Of a DNA stretch of 64,000 nt, positions 9,992-19,827 are shown in pieces. This DNA is from an uncultured Eubacteriales bacterium. Its GTDB lineage: Bacteria > Bacillota > Clostridia > Lachnospirales > Lachnospiraceae. Position 1 is the stretch's first letter. Each line of letters starts with the position of its first letter. The notes under the pieces were generated by a model. That model did no database searches, had not been told where the DNA came from, and saw only the letters and a list, made by a program, of their open reading frames with translations. A program made the position numbers and the translations under genes. The stretch spans positions 10,248 to 74,247 of the forward strand of contig OMZX01000003.1 in assembly GCA_900315665.1 (NCBI GenBank). Reading direction: 5' to 3'.

Positions 9992-10075
9992 TGTGATTTC
10001 TGCCGAAAGGTAGTCACAATATAGAAGTAAAGGTACACAGTCTTTCCGGACGGAGACCCTTGTCCGGCGTTTTTT
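9992..10075 (+). promoter_or_regulatory. Structured ftsK-fhs spacer: GAAA-capped hairpin plus terminator-like hairpin abutting the fhs RBS
   Basis: tgtga..ctgcc-gaaa-ggtag-tcaca (9992-10018), and ccggac..gtccgg followed by tttttt (10046-10075). GGAGG at 10078-10082. Confidence 0.5.
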
Positions 10076-10089
10076 ACGGAGGAAATACG

Positions 10090-11757
10090 ATGAAAACAGA
10101 TATTGAGATTGCACAGGAAGCGACGATGAACCGCATCACGGATGTGGCGGAGAAGTATGGCATCGACCAGGATGACCTCGAGCTGTACGGAAAGTATAAA
10201 GCGAAGCTTTCCGATGATCTCTGGGACAAGGTGAAGGATCGTCCGGATGGGAAGCTCGTACTTGTGACGGCCATCAATCCGACACCGGCAGGCGAAGGTA
10301 AGACGACGACTTCAATCGGTCTTACAGATGCGCTGAACCGGATTGGTAAGAAGACCGTGGTTGCCCTTCGTGAGCCGAGCCTCGGTCCGTGCTTCGGCAT
10401 TAAGGGCGGTGCTGCCGGTGGCGGCTTTGCACAGGTTGTGCCGATGGAGGATCTGAACCTTCATTTTACCGGCGACTTCCACGCAATCACGAGTGCCAAT
10501 AACCTCCTGGCAGCTCTTCTCGATAACCATATCAAGCAAGGCAATGCGTTACGGATTGATCCGAAGCGGATCACCTGGAAGCGCTGTGAGGATATGAATG
10601 ACCGTGTGCTTCGAAACATTGTCGTAGGCTTAGGCGGTCGTGGGGATGGTGTCGTCCGGGAGGATCATTTCGTGATTACCGTAGCCTCTGAGGTTATGGC
10701 GATCCTTTGCCTATCCAACGATATGGCTGATCTCAAGAAGCGTCTGGCGAAGATCATCGTAGGCTATGATGTCGACGGTAATCCGGTGACAGCAGAGCAG
10801 CTCCACGCTGTGGGCGCTATGGCAGCACTTCTGAAGGATGCGATCAAGCCGAATATCATCCAGACCCTCGAACACAATATGGCCGTGGTTCATGGAGGAC
10901 CCTTCGCGAACATTGCACATGGCTGTAATTCCGTACAGGCGACTCGCTTTGCATTGAAGCTAGGCGATATCGCTGTAACCGAGGCTGGCTTCGGTGCCGA
11001 TCTCGGCGCAGAGAAGTTCTTTGATATCAAGTGTCAGATGGCAGGTTTTCGTCCGGATGCCTGCGTCCTCGTGGCGACTGTTCGTGCACTCAAATACAAT
11101 GGCGGTGTGCCGAAGACGGATCTCGGCATCGAAAATCTCGATGCACTGAAGAAGGGTATCGTCAATCTCGAAAAGCACATCGAGAACATCCAGCAGTATG
11201 GCGTACCATGTATCGTTGCGATCAACCGCTTTGCCAGCGACACCGATGCAGAACTTCAGTTCGTTGAGGATTTCTGTCGTTCGAAAGGTGCGGAATTCGC
11301 CCTGTCCGAGGTGCACGGCAAGGGTGGCGAAGGCGGCGAGGCACTTGCCCGCGCTGTCCTCAATACACTCGAGACGAAGAAGTCTGATTTCCATCCGGTA
11401 CAGGAGCTTTCCGCCGGTCTCTATGATAAGATTGAGGCGGTTGCAACAAAGATTTACGGTGCAGATGGGGTGGATTATGAGCCGAAGGCAAAGAAGGCCA
11501 TCGATGAGCTTACGGCACTCGGATTTTCAAATGTTCCTGTTTGCATGGCGAAAACACAATATTCACTGTCTGATGATCCGAAGAAGCTGGGACGTCCGAC
11601 GGGCTTCCGCATCACTGTGCGGGATGCGTATATCTCCGCTGGCGCAGGCTTCCTCGTATGTCTGACTGGTGACATCATGACGATGCCAGGCCTTCCGAAG
11701 AAGCCGGCTGCGTTTAACATTGATGTCGTCGATGGCAAGATCACCGGATTGTTTTGA
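10090..11757 (+). CDS. fhs: Formate--tetrahydrofolate ligase
   Basis: [69 protein letters not shown]. Confidence 0.98.
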   Translation: MKTDIEIAQEATMNRITDVAEKYGIDQDDLELYGKYKAKLSDDLWDKVKDRPDGKLVLVTAINPTPAGEGKTTTSIGLTDALNRIGKKTVVALREPSLGPCFGIKGGAAGGGFAQVVPMEDLNLHFTGDFHAITSANNLLAALLDNHIKQGNALRIDPKRITWKRCEDMNDRVLRNIVVGLGGRGDGVVREDHFVITVASEVMAILCLSNDMADLKKRLAKIIVGYDVDGNPVTAEQLHAVGAMAALLKDAIKPNIIQTLEHNMAVVHGGPFANIAHGCNSVQATRFALKLGDIAVTEAGFGADLGAEKFFDIKCQMAGFRPDACVLVATVRALKYNGGVPKTDLGIENLDALKKGIVNLEKHIENIQQYGVPCIVAINRFASDTDAELQFVEDFCRSKGAEFALSEVHGKGGEGGEALARAVLNTLETKKSDFHPVQELSAGLYDKIEAVATKIYGADGVDYEPKAKKAIDELTALGFSNVPVCMAKTQYSLSDDPKKLGRPTGFRITVRDAYISAGAGFLVCLTGDIMTMPGLPKKPAAFNIDVVDGKITGLF

Positions 11758-11776
11758 TCAAAGGCAGAATATAGGC

Positions 11777-11815
11777 TCATCCGGCCATCGATGTAAGGCT
11801 TTGATGGTCGGATGA
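11777..11815. terminator. Stem-loop after fhs (no U tract; terminator or stabiliser)
   Basis: tcatccggccatcga / ttgatggtcggatga, 15-bp stem with G-U pairs. Confidence 0.5.
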
Positions 11816-11900
11816 TTGGCATGCAGGTTTAAAAACATACAGAGCATAGTTCACTCTGAAAACTTATCACAGGGATGAAGGATATCCCGGCAAGGATTTT

Positions 11901-13394
11901 ATGGCAATATTTAAAGCATGGTTACAGGATTTACATTACACAGTATTGCATGGCGACCCGGAAACTGTCGAGGTCACGGAGGTTGTGTTCGATTCACGAA
12001 AGGCGCAGAAGGGCACAGTGTTCATCGCGATGCGTGGATCTAATACGGATTCCCACAAATACATTCCGAATGTAATCGAAAATGGGACGGAAGCTATCAT
12101 CGTAGAAGAAAATGAAGACGAACTCCCACTTAAAGTGAAAGAACTCCCCGAAAATCTGGCACTCATCAAGGTGGAGAACGCGCGTGAAGCACTTGCGAAG
12201 GTGAGTGCAAGACGCTTCGACGAGCCCTCGAAGAAGCTGACGGTCATTGCAATCACAGGTACGAAGGGCAAGACAACAACTGCCCACATGATTCAGCAGA
12301 TTCTTCTCGAGGCAGGCCTCCGTACCGGCATCATCGGCACAACCGGTGTCGAATATGGCCGCCATCAGATTCCGACGAAAAACACGACGCCGGAGTCCTA
12401 CGACCTACAGAAATATTTTCATGATATGGTAGAGGATGGCTGCACCCATGTCGTCATGGAAGCCTCTTCGCAGGCCTTCAAGCTCCATCGTGTGGATGCC
12501 ATCGAATTTGATTACGGCATCTTCACAAACATCGAGCCGGATCATATCGGCCCGAATGAGCATAAGGACTTCGAGGAATATAAGTATTATAAGTCCTGTA
12601 TTTTCAAGCAGTCTAAGGTCGGACTCATCAATCTCGACGCAGATTATGCGGACGAACTCCTTGCCGGGGCACCATGTAAGATGTTTACGTTCTCACTTGA
12701 AAAGAAGGCTGACTTCATGGCGGAGAACATCCGCCATCTCACGAAGCCCCGCTTTGTCGGCCTTCAGTTCGATGTGATCGGACGAAGCAGCTTAGACATC
12801 GAACTGGACCTTCCTGGTAAGTACAATGTCTACAACGCGCTCGCGGCGATCTCTGTCACGAGTCTCATGGGTGTGGATCACACTGCCATCATTCGCGCGA
12901 TGCGTCGCGTAAAGGTCAATGGCCGAATGGAGGTTGTCTTTAAGAATGATGATTTCTCCGTACTCGTCGATTATGCGCATAATGCGATGGCTATGGAGAA
13001 CCTCCTTTCGACACTTCGGGAGTATAAACCAGGACGCCTGGTCGTCGTATTCGGCTGCGGCGGAAACCGCGCGAAGGACAGACGCTATGGTATGGGAGAA
13101 ACTGCCGCGAAGATGGCTGATCTCAGCATTCTTACAGCGGACAACTCCAGATTTGAAGAAACCGAAGATATCATCGCAGATATCAAATCGAAGCTCGTGC
13201 CGGCCGGCGGAAAATATGTTGAAATCCCGGACCGCCGTGAAGCAATCGAATACGCGATGACACACGCGGAAAAGGGTGACATGATTGCCGTGATTGGCAA
13301 GGGCCATGAGGATTACCAGGAAATCAAGGGTGTGCGGACACATTTCCTCGACCGCGAGGTGATCCTCGAAACAGCCGGGAAATATCACTTATAA
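11901..13394 (+). CDS. murE: UDP-N-acetylmuramoyl-L-alanyl-D-glutamate--diaminopimelate ligase
   Basis: ITGTKGKTTT, NTTPES, MEASSQ, TNIEPDH, VDYAHN, VFGCGGNR, DNSRFE, GKGHEDYQ. Confidence 0.95.
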   Translation: MAIFKAWLQDLHYTVLHGDPETVEVTEVVFDSRKAQKGTVFIAMRGSNTDSHKYIPNVIENGTEAIIVEENEDELPLKVKELPENLALIKVENAREALAKVSARRFDEPSKKLTVIAITGTKGKTTTAHMIQQILLEAGLRTGIIGTTGVEYGRHQIPTKNTTPESYDLQKYFHDMVEDGCTHVVMEASSQAFKLHRVDAIEFDYGIFTNIEPDHIGPNEHKDFEEYKYYKSCIFKQSKVGLINLDADYADELLAGAPCKMFTFSLEKKADFMAENIRHLTKPRFVGLQFDVIGRSSLDIELDLPGKYNVYNALAAISVTSLMGVDHTAIIRAMRRVKVNGRMEVVFKNDDFSVLVDYAHNAMAMENLLSTLREYKPGRLVVVFGCGGNRAKDRRYGMGETAAKMADLSILTADNSRFEETEDIIADIKSKLVPAGGKYVEIPDRREAIEYAMTHAEKGDMIAVIGKGHEDYQEIKGVRTHFLDREVILETAGKYHL

Positions 13395-13399
13395 GAACT

Positions 13400-14818
13400 A
13401 TGATGAAAGAAGATGACAGACCGGTCCGGGAACGTATCAGGAGCCGGCTTAAAAGGGAGAGTATGGAAGACAGCGGAACCAGTTTTCAATTTGATGATAC
13501 CGGAATCGATGACATATACACCGATTCCAGAAAAAAGATGGCGAACGGCCTTTTCGTGCCGATCGTCGGCGAGCATAGCGATGGTCACGATTACATCGAG
13601 ATGGCCATTAAAAACGGTGCAGTAGCAGTACTGTCATCAAGGCCTGTCGATAAGTTAAAGGACCAGTATCCCTACGTACGTTTCTACCAGGTAAAAAATA
13701 CCGTGGACGCCCTGCAGGAGATCGGCAGGATGGAACGTGCTAAGTTCACCGGCACTGTGATCGGTGTGACCGGCTCCGTCGGGAAGACGACGACCCGTAA
13801 CATGATTGCTGCTGCTATCTCTGCCGGAAAAAAGGTCTTCCAGACCGCCGGCAATGCGAACTCCCAGATCGGCGTACCGATCACCATGTTCCATATGGCT
13901 CGCTCCGGGGCGGATGCAGCCGTCATCGAGCTTGGCATGTCAAAGCCCGGCGAAATGACAAAAATTGCACGCGTCGCCTGTGTAGATATTGCCGTCATGA
14001 CAAACATCGGCATCGCCCACATTGAACAGTTGAAAACCCAGGATAACATCCTCCATGAAAAGCTCCATATTCTTGATGGTATGCGCGAAAATGGCATGCT
14101 GTTCATCAACCTTGAGGATTCACTCCTTTCCCGCGTCACAATCGATAGCATCCATCAGGATGGCCTTATCCCGGGAAAAAATGTGCTGATTCGCGGTTAT
14201 AAAAAACATGATTATCAGCTTCATCTTCAGGTACCAGGAGACCACATGCTGTCCAATGCCTCCGCCGCGATGCATGTGGCTTTAACGCTCGGCGTTTCCG
14301 AAGAAGGTGCCCGTGAAAAGCTGGAAGCCTTCACCGGTGTCGCCGGCAGAGGCGCCTTTTTCGTGACAAAAAATGGTGTTACCGTCATCGATGATGCCTA
14401 CAATGCGTCCCCCGTTTCGATGAAGGCCGGTCTTTCCGCCCTCGCCGAGCACGAAGGCAAACGCCGCATTGCAGTCCTCGCCGACATGCTAGAGCTTGGT
14501 GATAAGGCGCATGATGCTCACCGCGAGGTTGGCCAGTACCTTGCAACGCTTCCCATCGATGTCGTTTTCCTCTATGGTGAGCTTGCCGCAGAAATCGGCG
14601 CTGGTATCGAAGAAGTGTACTCCCGCCCCGAAGAACTACAGGACGATAACACAGCTTTTCCAAAAAAGAAACCGACCATCATCTATTTCACCGATTTCCA
14701 GGAGCTCCGCAACATGATCCACTCCCTCGCTGACGAAGGCGACGTCGTTCTCTTCAAAGGCTCGAATTCGATGAAGCTTTCCACCATCGTGGAAGAATTC
14801 AAAGTCGACAAAAATTAA
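13400..14818 (+). CDS. murF: UDP-N-acetylmuramoyl-tripeptide--D-alanyl-D-alanine ligase
   Basis: GVTGSVGKTTT, NANSQIGVP, ELGMSKPGEM, TNIGIAHIE, DDAYNASPVSM, DMLELG, KGSNSMKL. Confidence 0.95.
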   Translation: MMKEDDRPVRERIRSRLKRESMEDSGTSFQFDDTGIDDIYTDSRKKMANGLFVPIVGEHSDGHDYIEMAIKNGAVAVLSSRPVDKLKDQYPYVRFYQVKNTVDALQEIGRMERAKFTGTVIGVTGSVGKTTTRNMIAAAISAGKKVFQTAGNANSQIGVPITMFHMARSGADAAVIELGMSKPGEMTKIARVACVDIAVMTNIGIAHIEQLKTQDNILHEKLHILDGMRENGMLFINLEDSLLSRVTIDSIHQDGLIPGKNVLIRGYKKHDYQLHLQVPGDHMLSNASAAMHVALTLGVSEEGAREKLEAFTGVAGRGAFFVTKNGVTVIDDAYNASPVSMKAGLSALAEHEGKRRIAVLADMLELGDKAHDAHREVGQYLATLPIDVVFLYGELAAEIGAGIEEVYSRPEELQDDNTAFPKKKPTIIYFTDFQELRNMIHSLADEGDVVLFKGSNSMKLSTIVEEFKVDKN

Positions 14819-14854
14819 ATAAGTGAAGCCAAAGAGCACAGAAAGGAATCGTCA

Positions 14855-16846
14855 ATGTTTGCAGAGATCATCGTGGATATCACAAATGAAGCGCTTGACC
14901 GGGCGTTTACTTATCATGTCCCGGATGGTCTCGGTGTGAAGCTCGGTGATCGGGTCGAGGTACCCTTCGGGATTAGTGGTAGAACGAAGACCGGCTACGT
15001 CATCGGGCTACGGGAGTCAGTTTCCTTTCCGATGGAGAAGATTAAGGATATCTCCGGCAAGGTGGAGAATGCCATCTCCGTGCAGGGTGATCTGATCCGG
15101 CTTGCGGCGTTCATGTCGCGGGAGTATGGCACCACGATGAATCAGTGCCTTCGTACAGTTTTGCCAGTGAAGCGGACAGTCCGGAAAAACAGTCGACGGA
15201 TCGATCCGCTTCTTTCATACCGGCAGGATACCGATGAGAAGCATGCTCTGAATGATGAGCAGGAAGCTGCCGTGCAGGCAGTGAGCGTGGCATTTCAAGC
15301 TGGTAAATCTGTTCCGTTTCTTCTCTTTGGTATTACTGGCTCCGGAAAGACCGAGGTTTATCTCCATATCATGGAAGAAGTCGTCGCGGCAGGGAAGCAG
15401 GCAATTCTGCTGATTCCGGAAATCTCTCTTACGTATCAGACCGTACGGCGTGTCTATACTCGGTTCCAGGGTAAGGTCGCCATCATGAATTCCCGGATGA
15501 CCGCCGGTGAACGCTATGAGGCCTTTGAAAAATGTAGAAAAGGTGAGGTTTCTGTCATGGTCGGTCCGCGTTCTGCTGTCTTCGCGCCCTTTGAGAGGCT
15601 CGGTCTTATCATCATGGATGAGGAGCATGAACGGGCATACAAATCAGAAACAGCCCCGCGGTATGAGACACGCGATGTAGCCTTCATAAGAGCACATCTT
15701 GCGAAGTGTCCGATTCTCTATGGTTCAGCGACACCTTCTCTTACGATGTATCAGTCTGCTCTGAAAGGCCGTATAAAGCTTCTCAGGCTCTCCAAACGGG
15801 CCAAGGAAGGTGCAGCGCTTCCGGAAACAGAGATCATTGACTTAAGGGATGAGCTTCGAAAGGGTAATCGTAGTGTATTTTCTGACAGACTTAAGCAGCT
15901 GATGACAGAAGCCCTCTCAGAAAAAAGACAGATTATGCTATTCTTAAATCGCCGTGGCTATAGTAATTTTCTTAGTTGCCGAAGTTGCGGTGAGAGTGTC
16001 AGGTGTCCGCATTGTGATGTGTCTCTGACACTGCATCAGGACGGGATGCTCCGGTGCCATTATTGTGGGTATGAGGAACCGGTGATGAAGGTTTGCCCGC
16101 ATTGTGGGAGCAAGTATCTGGCGCCATTTGGGTTCGGTACGGAAAAACTTGAGCGGTATGTGAAGGGGCTTTTTCCCGACGCCAGGGTGCTTCGGATGGA
16201 TGCTGATACCACGAGGGATAAGGGCGCGTATGAGAAGATTCTCAGGGCGTTTGCCGGGCGTGAAGCGGACATTCTCATTGGAACGCAGATGATCGTGAAG
16301 GGCCATGATTTTCCGGATGTGACGGTCGTCGGACTCGTGCTTGCGGATTTGAGTCTTCAGTCCCCTGATTTTGCGGCGTCTGAGCGGACCTTTCAGCTGA
16401 TTACGCAGGCCGCTGGCCGGGCGGGACGGGATCGCATCAAGGGACATGTTGTGATACAGACTTACCAGCCGGAGCATTATGCGATCACGCTCTCGATGAA
16501 ACAGGATTATATCTCGTTTTATGAGAAGGAGATGACATATCGGAGGCTTCTCAGGTATCCGCCAGTTGAGAAACTTCTGACAGTGCAGTTCCAGTCGATG
16601 GATGAAGATACGCTTTCGCAGGTGACGGAATATGTCGCGGAACATCTTAGAGGAGAGGCGCCGGATGTAAGCATTATCGGGCCGGTGCAGGCGAGTGTGT
16701 ATCGTGTGAAGGATGTGTACCGAAAAATAATATACGTGAAGCATGACTCTCATGATATAATCATTCAGTTAAGAGAGAGAATGAGCGCACTTTCCCGGGA
16801 AATCGATCCGCGGGGGCTTGTGCTTCTTAATTTTGATATACAGTGA
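14855..16846 (+). CDS. priA: Primosomal protein N' (replication restart helicase)
   Basis: GITGSGKTEVY, PEISLT, DEEH, GSATPS, two CxxC-pair zinc modules, GTQMIVKGHDF, QAAGRAGR. Confidence 0.96.
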   Translation: MFAEIIVDITNEALDRAFTYHVPDGLGVKLGDRVEVPFGISGRTKTGYVIGLRESVSFPMEKIKDISGKVENAISVQGDLIRLAAFMSREYGTTMNQCLRTVLPVKRTVRKNSRRIDPLLSYRQDTDEKHALNDEQEAAVQAVSVAFQAGKSVPFLLFGITGSGKTEVYLHIMEEVVAAGKQAILLIPEISLTYQTVRRVYTRFQGKVAIMNSRMTAGERYEAFEKCRKGEVSVMVGPRSAVFAPFERLGLIIMDEEHERAYKSETAPRYETRDVAFIRAHLAKCPILYGSATPSLTMYQSALKGRIKLLRLSKRAKEGAALPETEIIDLRDELRKGNRSVFSDRLKQLMTEALSEKRQIMLFLNRRGYSNFLSCRSCGESVRCPHCDVSLTLHQDGMLRCHYCGYEEPVMKVCPHCGSKYLAPFGFGTEKLERYVKGLFPDARVLRMDADTTRDKGAYEKILRAFAGREADILIGTQMIVKGHDFPDVTVVGLVLADLSLQSPDFAASERTFQLITQAAGRAGRDRIKGHVVIQTYQPEHYAITLSMKQDYISFYEKEMTYRRLLRYPPVEKLLTVQFQSMDEDTLSQVTEYVAEHLRGEAPDVSIIGPVQASVYRVKDVYRKIIYVKHDSHDIIIQLRERMSALSREIDPRGLVLLNFDIQ

Positions 16847-16856
16847 AGGAGAAATT

Positions 16857-17363
16857 ATGGCATTAAGAGAAATCAGAGTTGAGGGAGATGAAATCCTTGA
16901 GAAGAGCTGCAAGCCGGTGAAGGCGATGACGGAGAGACTCAAGGAGCTGGTTGGTGATATGTTTGAGACGATGTATCATGCAGATGGTGTAGGGCTTGCG
17001 GCACCGCAGGTCGGAGTGCTCCGGCAAATCTTCGTCGTAGATATCGGCGATGGAAAGCGCTTCGTATGTATCAATCCGGAGGTTACCGCTGTCGGCGAAG
17101 AGATTCAGACCGGTGAAGAGGGCTGTCTTTCGGTACCGGGCAAGCAGGGTATCGTCACGAGACCGCTCAATGTGCATGTGAAGGCGCTCGATATCAATAT
17201 GGAGCCGTATGAATTTGATGCATCAGGGCTTCTCGCACGGGCGATGTGCCATGAGAATGATCATCTTTCCGGTGTGATGTACACGACGAAGGTGGAAGGC
17301 GAACTCGAGGATGTGAACTATGAGGATCTCGAGGAAACGGACGACGAGGACAGCGAAGGCTGA
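16857..17363 (+). CDS. def: Peptide deformylase
   Basis: GVGLAAPQVG, EGCLS, HENDHL. GGAG RBS before ATG 16857. Confidence 0.97.
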   Translation: MALREIRVEGDEILEKSCKPVKAMTERLKELVGDMFETMYHADGVGLAAPQVGVLRQIFVVDIGDGKRFVCINPEVTAVGEEIQTGEEGCLSVPGKQGIVTRPLNVHVKALDINMEPYEFDASGLLARAMCHENDHLSGVMYTTKVEGELEDVNYEDLEETDDEDSEG

Positions 17364-17453
17364 AACCTCCATGAATATGAAACGTATCTGATGATTTGAT
17401 CGTGGCCGGAGGTTCAGTATCCGGAGGATGATAGAAACAAGAGGGGCTTTGTT

Positions 17454-18494
17454 GTGAGAATAATTTTTATGGGAACGCCGGATTTCGCGGTGGCGACGCT
17501 TGAAGCCTTGATAAAGGCAGGTCATGACGTGGTACTTACAGTGACGCAGCCGGATCGTCCGAAGGGACGGCACGGGGAGCTTCAGAAATCGGATGTGCGA
17601 ATCGCAGCAGAGAAGCATGGTATTCCGGTGATCACACCGGTCCGGATCCGAAAGGATGAAGAAGCAAAGGAGACTATGCGTTGGCTTAAGCCGGATGTGA
17701 TTGTCGTGACGGCCTTCGGGCAGATTCTTCCGAAGGATATTCTGGAGATGCCGAAATTCGGCTGTATCAATGTACATGCTTCGCTTCTTCCAAAATATCG
17801 GGGCGCGGCACCAATCCAGTGGTCGATTCTAAATGGCGATACAGAGACCGGCGTTACGACGATGCTGATGGATGAGGGACTTGATACCGGGGATATTCTC
17901 ATGGTGAAGAAGCTTGCCATCGCCCCGAAGGAAACCGGCGGCAGCCTTTTCGATAAGCTGGCTGTTCTTGGAGGAGAGCTTATCGTAGAGACTTTGGACG
18001 CTCTGGAAGCCGGCACACTGACGAGAACAAAGCAGGATGGAACGAAGGCAACGAAGGTCGGTCTTTTCACGAAGGAAAGCGGCAATATCGACTGGACAGA
18101 GTCAGGGATCGTCATTGAGAGGAAAATCCGCGGTTTGAATCCATGGCCGAGCGCCTATACTTATCTTTTAGGAAAACAACTAAAGATATTCGATGCGGAT
18201 GTGCTGCCGGAGGACGCTGTGGGAAATATCCCGGCAGTCGCCTTGGCTTCATCCGTAAAAGAAAATGGGGATGAAACACGGAATCAGAAGAGGATCGGAG
18301 TGACAGCTAACCACATTACAAGAGCCGATGCTGGTGCAGGAAGAGCGGATGCCTTGCCGGGCACAGTATATGCTGACCAGAAGGCGCTTTTGATCCGGAC
18401 AGGTGATGGGGTCCTCCGACTTAACGTGCTGCAGCTTGAAGGGAAGAAACAGATGAAGGCGGAGGATTTTCTTCGGGGGCATCGATTTACATGA
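17454..18494 (+). CDS. fmt: Methionyl-tRNA formyltransferase
   Basis: GTG start, FMGTPDFA, TQPDRPKGR, NVHASLLPKYRGAAPI, GLDTGD. Confidence 0.97.
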   Translation: MRIIFMGTPDFAVATLEALIKAGHDVVLTVTQPDRPKGRHGELQKSDVRIAAEKHGIPVITPVRIRKDEEAKETMRWLKPDVIVVTAFGQILPKDILEMPKFGCINVHASLLPKYRGAAPIQWSILNGDTETGVTTMLMDEGLDTGDILMVKKLAIAPKETGGSLFDKLAVLGGELIVETLDALEAGTLTRTKQDGTKATKVGLFTKESGNIDWTESGIVIERKIRGLNPWPSAYTYLLGKQLKIFDADVLPEDAVGNIPAVALASSVKENGDETRNQKRIGVTANHITRADAGAGRADALPGTVYADQKALLIRTGDGVLRLNVLQLEGKKQMKAEDFLRGHRFT

Positions 18495-19732
18495 ACACAG
18501 AAAAAAGAAAGCTGACGGCTGATGCGAGAGCGGTTGCCATGGACTGCCTTTTCCACGTGTTTGAGGAGAAACAGTTCACGCATCTTGCACTGAAGGAGGC
18601 ATTTGCCGCCCATCCGGGGCTGTCGGAGCAAGATCGTGCCTTCGTAACGAAGCTCGTGGAAGGAACGGTAGAGCGACGGATTCAAATCGATTACGTGCTT
18701 TCACTTTACTCGAAGACGAAGGTACCGAAGCTAAAGCCAATCATCCGGGTCATCCTTCGGGAAGGTGTTTATCAGATTCTTTTCCTTGACAGGGTGCCGG
18801 ATAGCGCAGCAATCAATGAAGCAGTGAAGCTAACGAAGCAGCGTGGCCTCATGGGGCTTTCCGGGTTTGTCAATGCTGTCCTTCGGAGTATTTCCCGGGA
18901 GAAGGAGTCTCTTTGGGAGAAGGAAGTGCCGGATTATGTGAAGGCCTGTCTGCCAGAATGGATGTATGATTATTTTATAACTCTCTTTGGGAAAGAGGAG
19001 ACCGATCGCATCGCACAGTATTTTGTTTCTCCGGAAAAGGCAAATTATGTCCGGTTCCAGGATGGCCATACCGAGGTGATGGAGGGAGATATCGCGGGAA
19101 GAGAAGACTTCTTAAAAGGTGAGATTACCGTACAGGATTATGCCTCACAACAGGTTTCAATCCTTGCTGATCCGAAGCCGGGAGATGAAGTGCTTGATGT
19201 CTGCGCTGCACCCGGCGGAAAGGCTTGTCATATTGCCAAGCTTCTTAAAGGAACCGGTCATGTGGATGCACGGGATCTCAGTGAAGGGAAGGCAGCGCTG
19301 ATCAGAGACAATATCAGAAGACTGCATGTTTCCAATGTCTCCACCACGGTGCATGATGCGAGAGTGTTTGATCCAACACTTGTTGATGAAGCGGGAAACG
19401 GCCGGATGGACATTGTCCTTGCAGATCTGCCGTGTTCTGGGCTTGGCATCATCGGGAAAAAGCCGGATATACGGGATCATGCGTCGATGGAAGGAATTCA
19501 GTCCCTTCAGAAGCTGCAGCGCGAGATTCTTGATACAGTGGTTCGCTATGTCAAGCCGGGCGGCAAGCTTCTCTACAGTACCTGCACGCTGACAAAGGAA
19601 GAGGATGAGGAAAACCGGGACTATATCCTTTCTATGAACAAACAGGGTGTGTTTACACTGGAGAAGGAATGGAAGTTGATGCCGGGTAAGCCGTCGGATG
19701 GCTTTTATATTGCGGTCTTTAGGAGAAGCTGA
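18491..19732 (+). CDS. rsmB: 16S rRNA m5C967 methyltransferase (Sun/RsmB)
   Basis: NusB-like N-terminus (AINEAV, FVNAVLR), VQD, DVCAAPGGK, DLPCSGLG, YSTCT. Canonical position after fmt. Confidence 0.92.
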   Translation: MNTEKRKLTADARAVAMDCLFHVFEEKQFTHLALKEAFAAHPGLSEQDRAFVTKLVEGTVERRIQIDYVLSLYSKTKVPKLKPIIRVILREGVYQILFLDRVPDSAAINEAVKLTKQRGLMGLSGFVNAVLRSISREKESLWEKEVPDYVKACLPEWMYDYFITLFGKEETDRIAQYFVSPEKANYVRFQDGHTEVMEGDIAGREDFLKGEITVQDYASQQVSILADPKPGDEVLDVCAAPGGKACHIAKLLKGTGHVDARDLSEGKAALIRDNIRRLHVSNVSTTVHDARVFDPTLVDEAGNGRMDIVLADLPCSGLGIIGKKPDIRDHASMEGIQSLQKLQREILDTVVRYVKPGGKLLYSTCTLTKEEDEENRDYILSMNKQGVFTLEKEWKLMPGKPSDGFYIAVFRRS

Positions 19733-19827
19733 CAAATATGTGAGAAGCTCCTTCGCATAAAGGATAACGGAGAAATCGGTTAGAGTGCATGGAGAAGAGC
19801 TTTACGGGTTTAAAGGAAGCACTGCAT

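Noticed and set aside
9990-10089. Calling the fhs leader a canonical ZTP or THF riboswitch
   Set aside because: Consensus nucleotides are not recognisable, so it is kept only as a candidate attenuator.
11901-14818. murE-murF outside a dcw cluster, and DNSR instead of DNPR in MurE
   Set aside because: Scattered mur genes and this substitution are ordinary variation in Clostridia, and the key Asp, Asn and Arg are retained.
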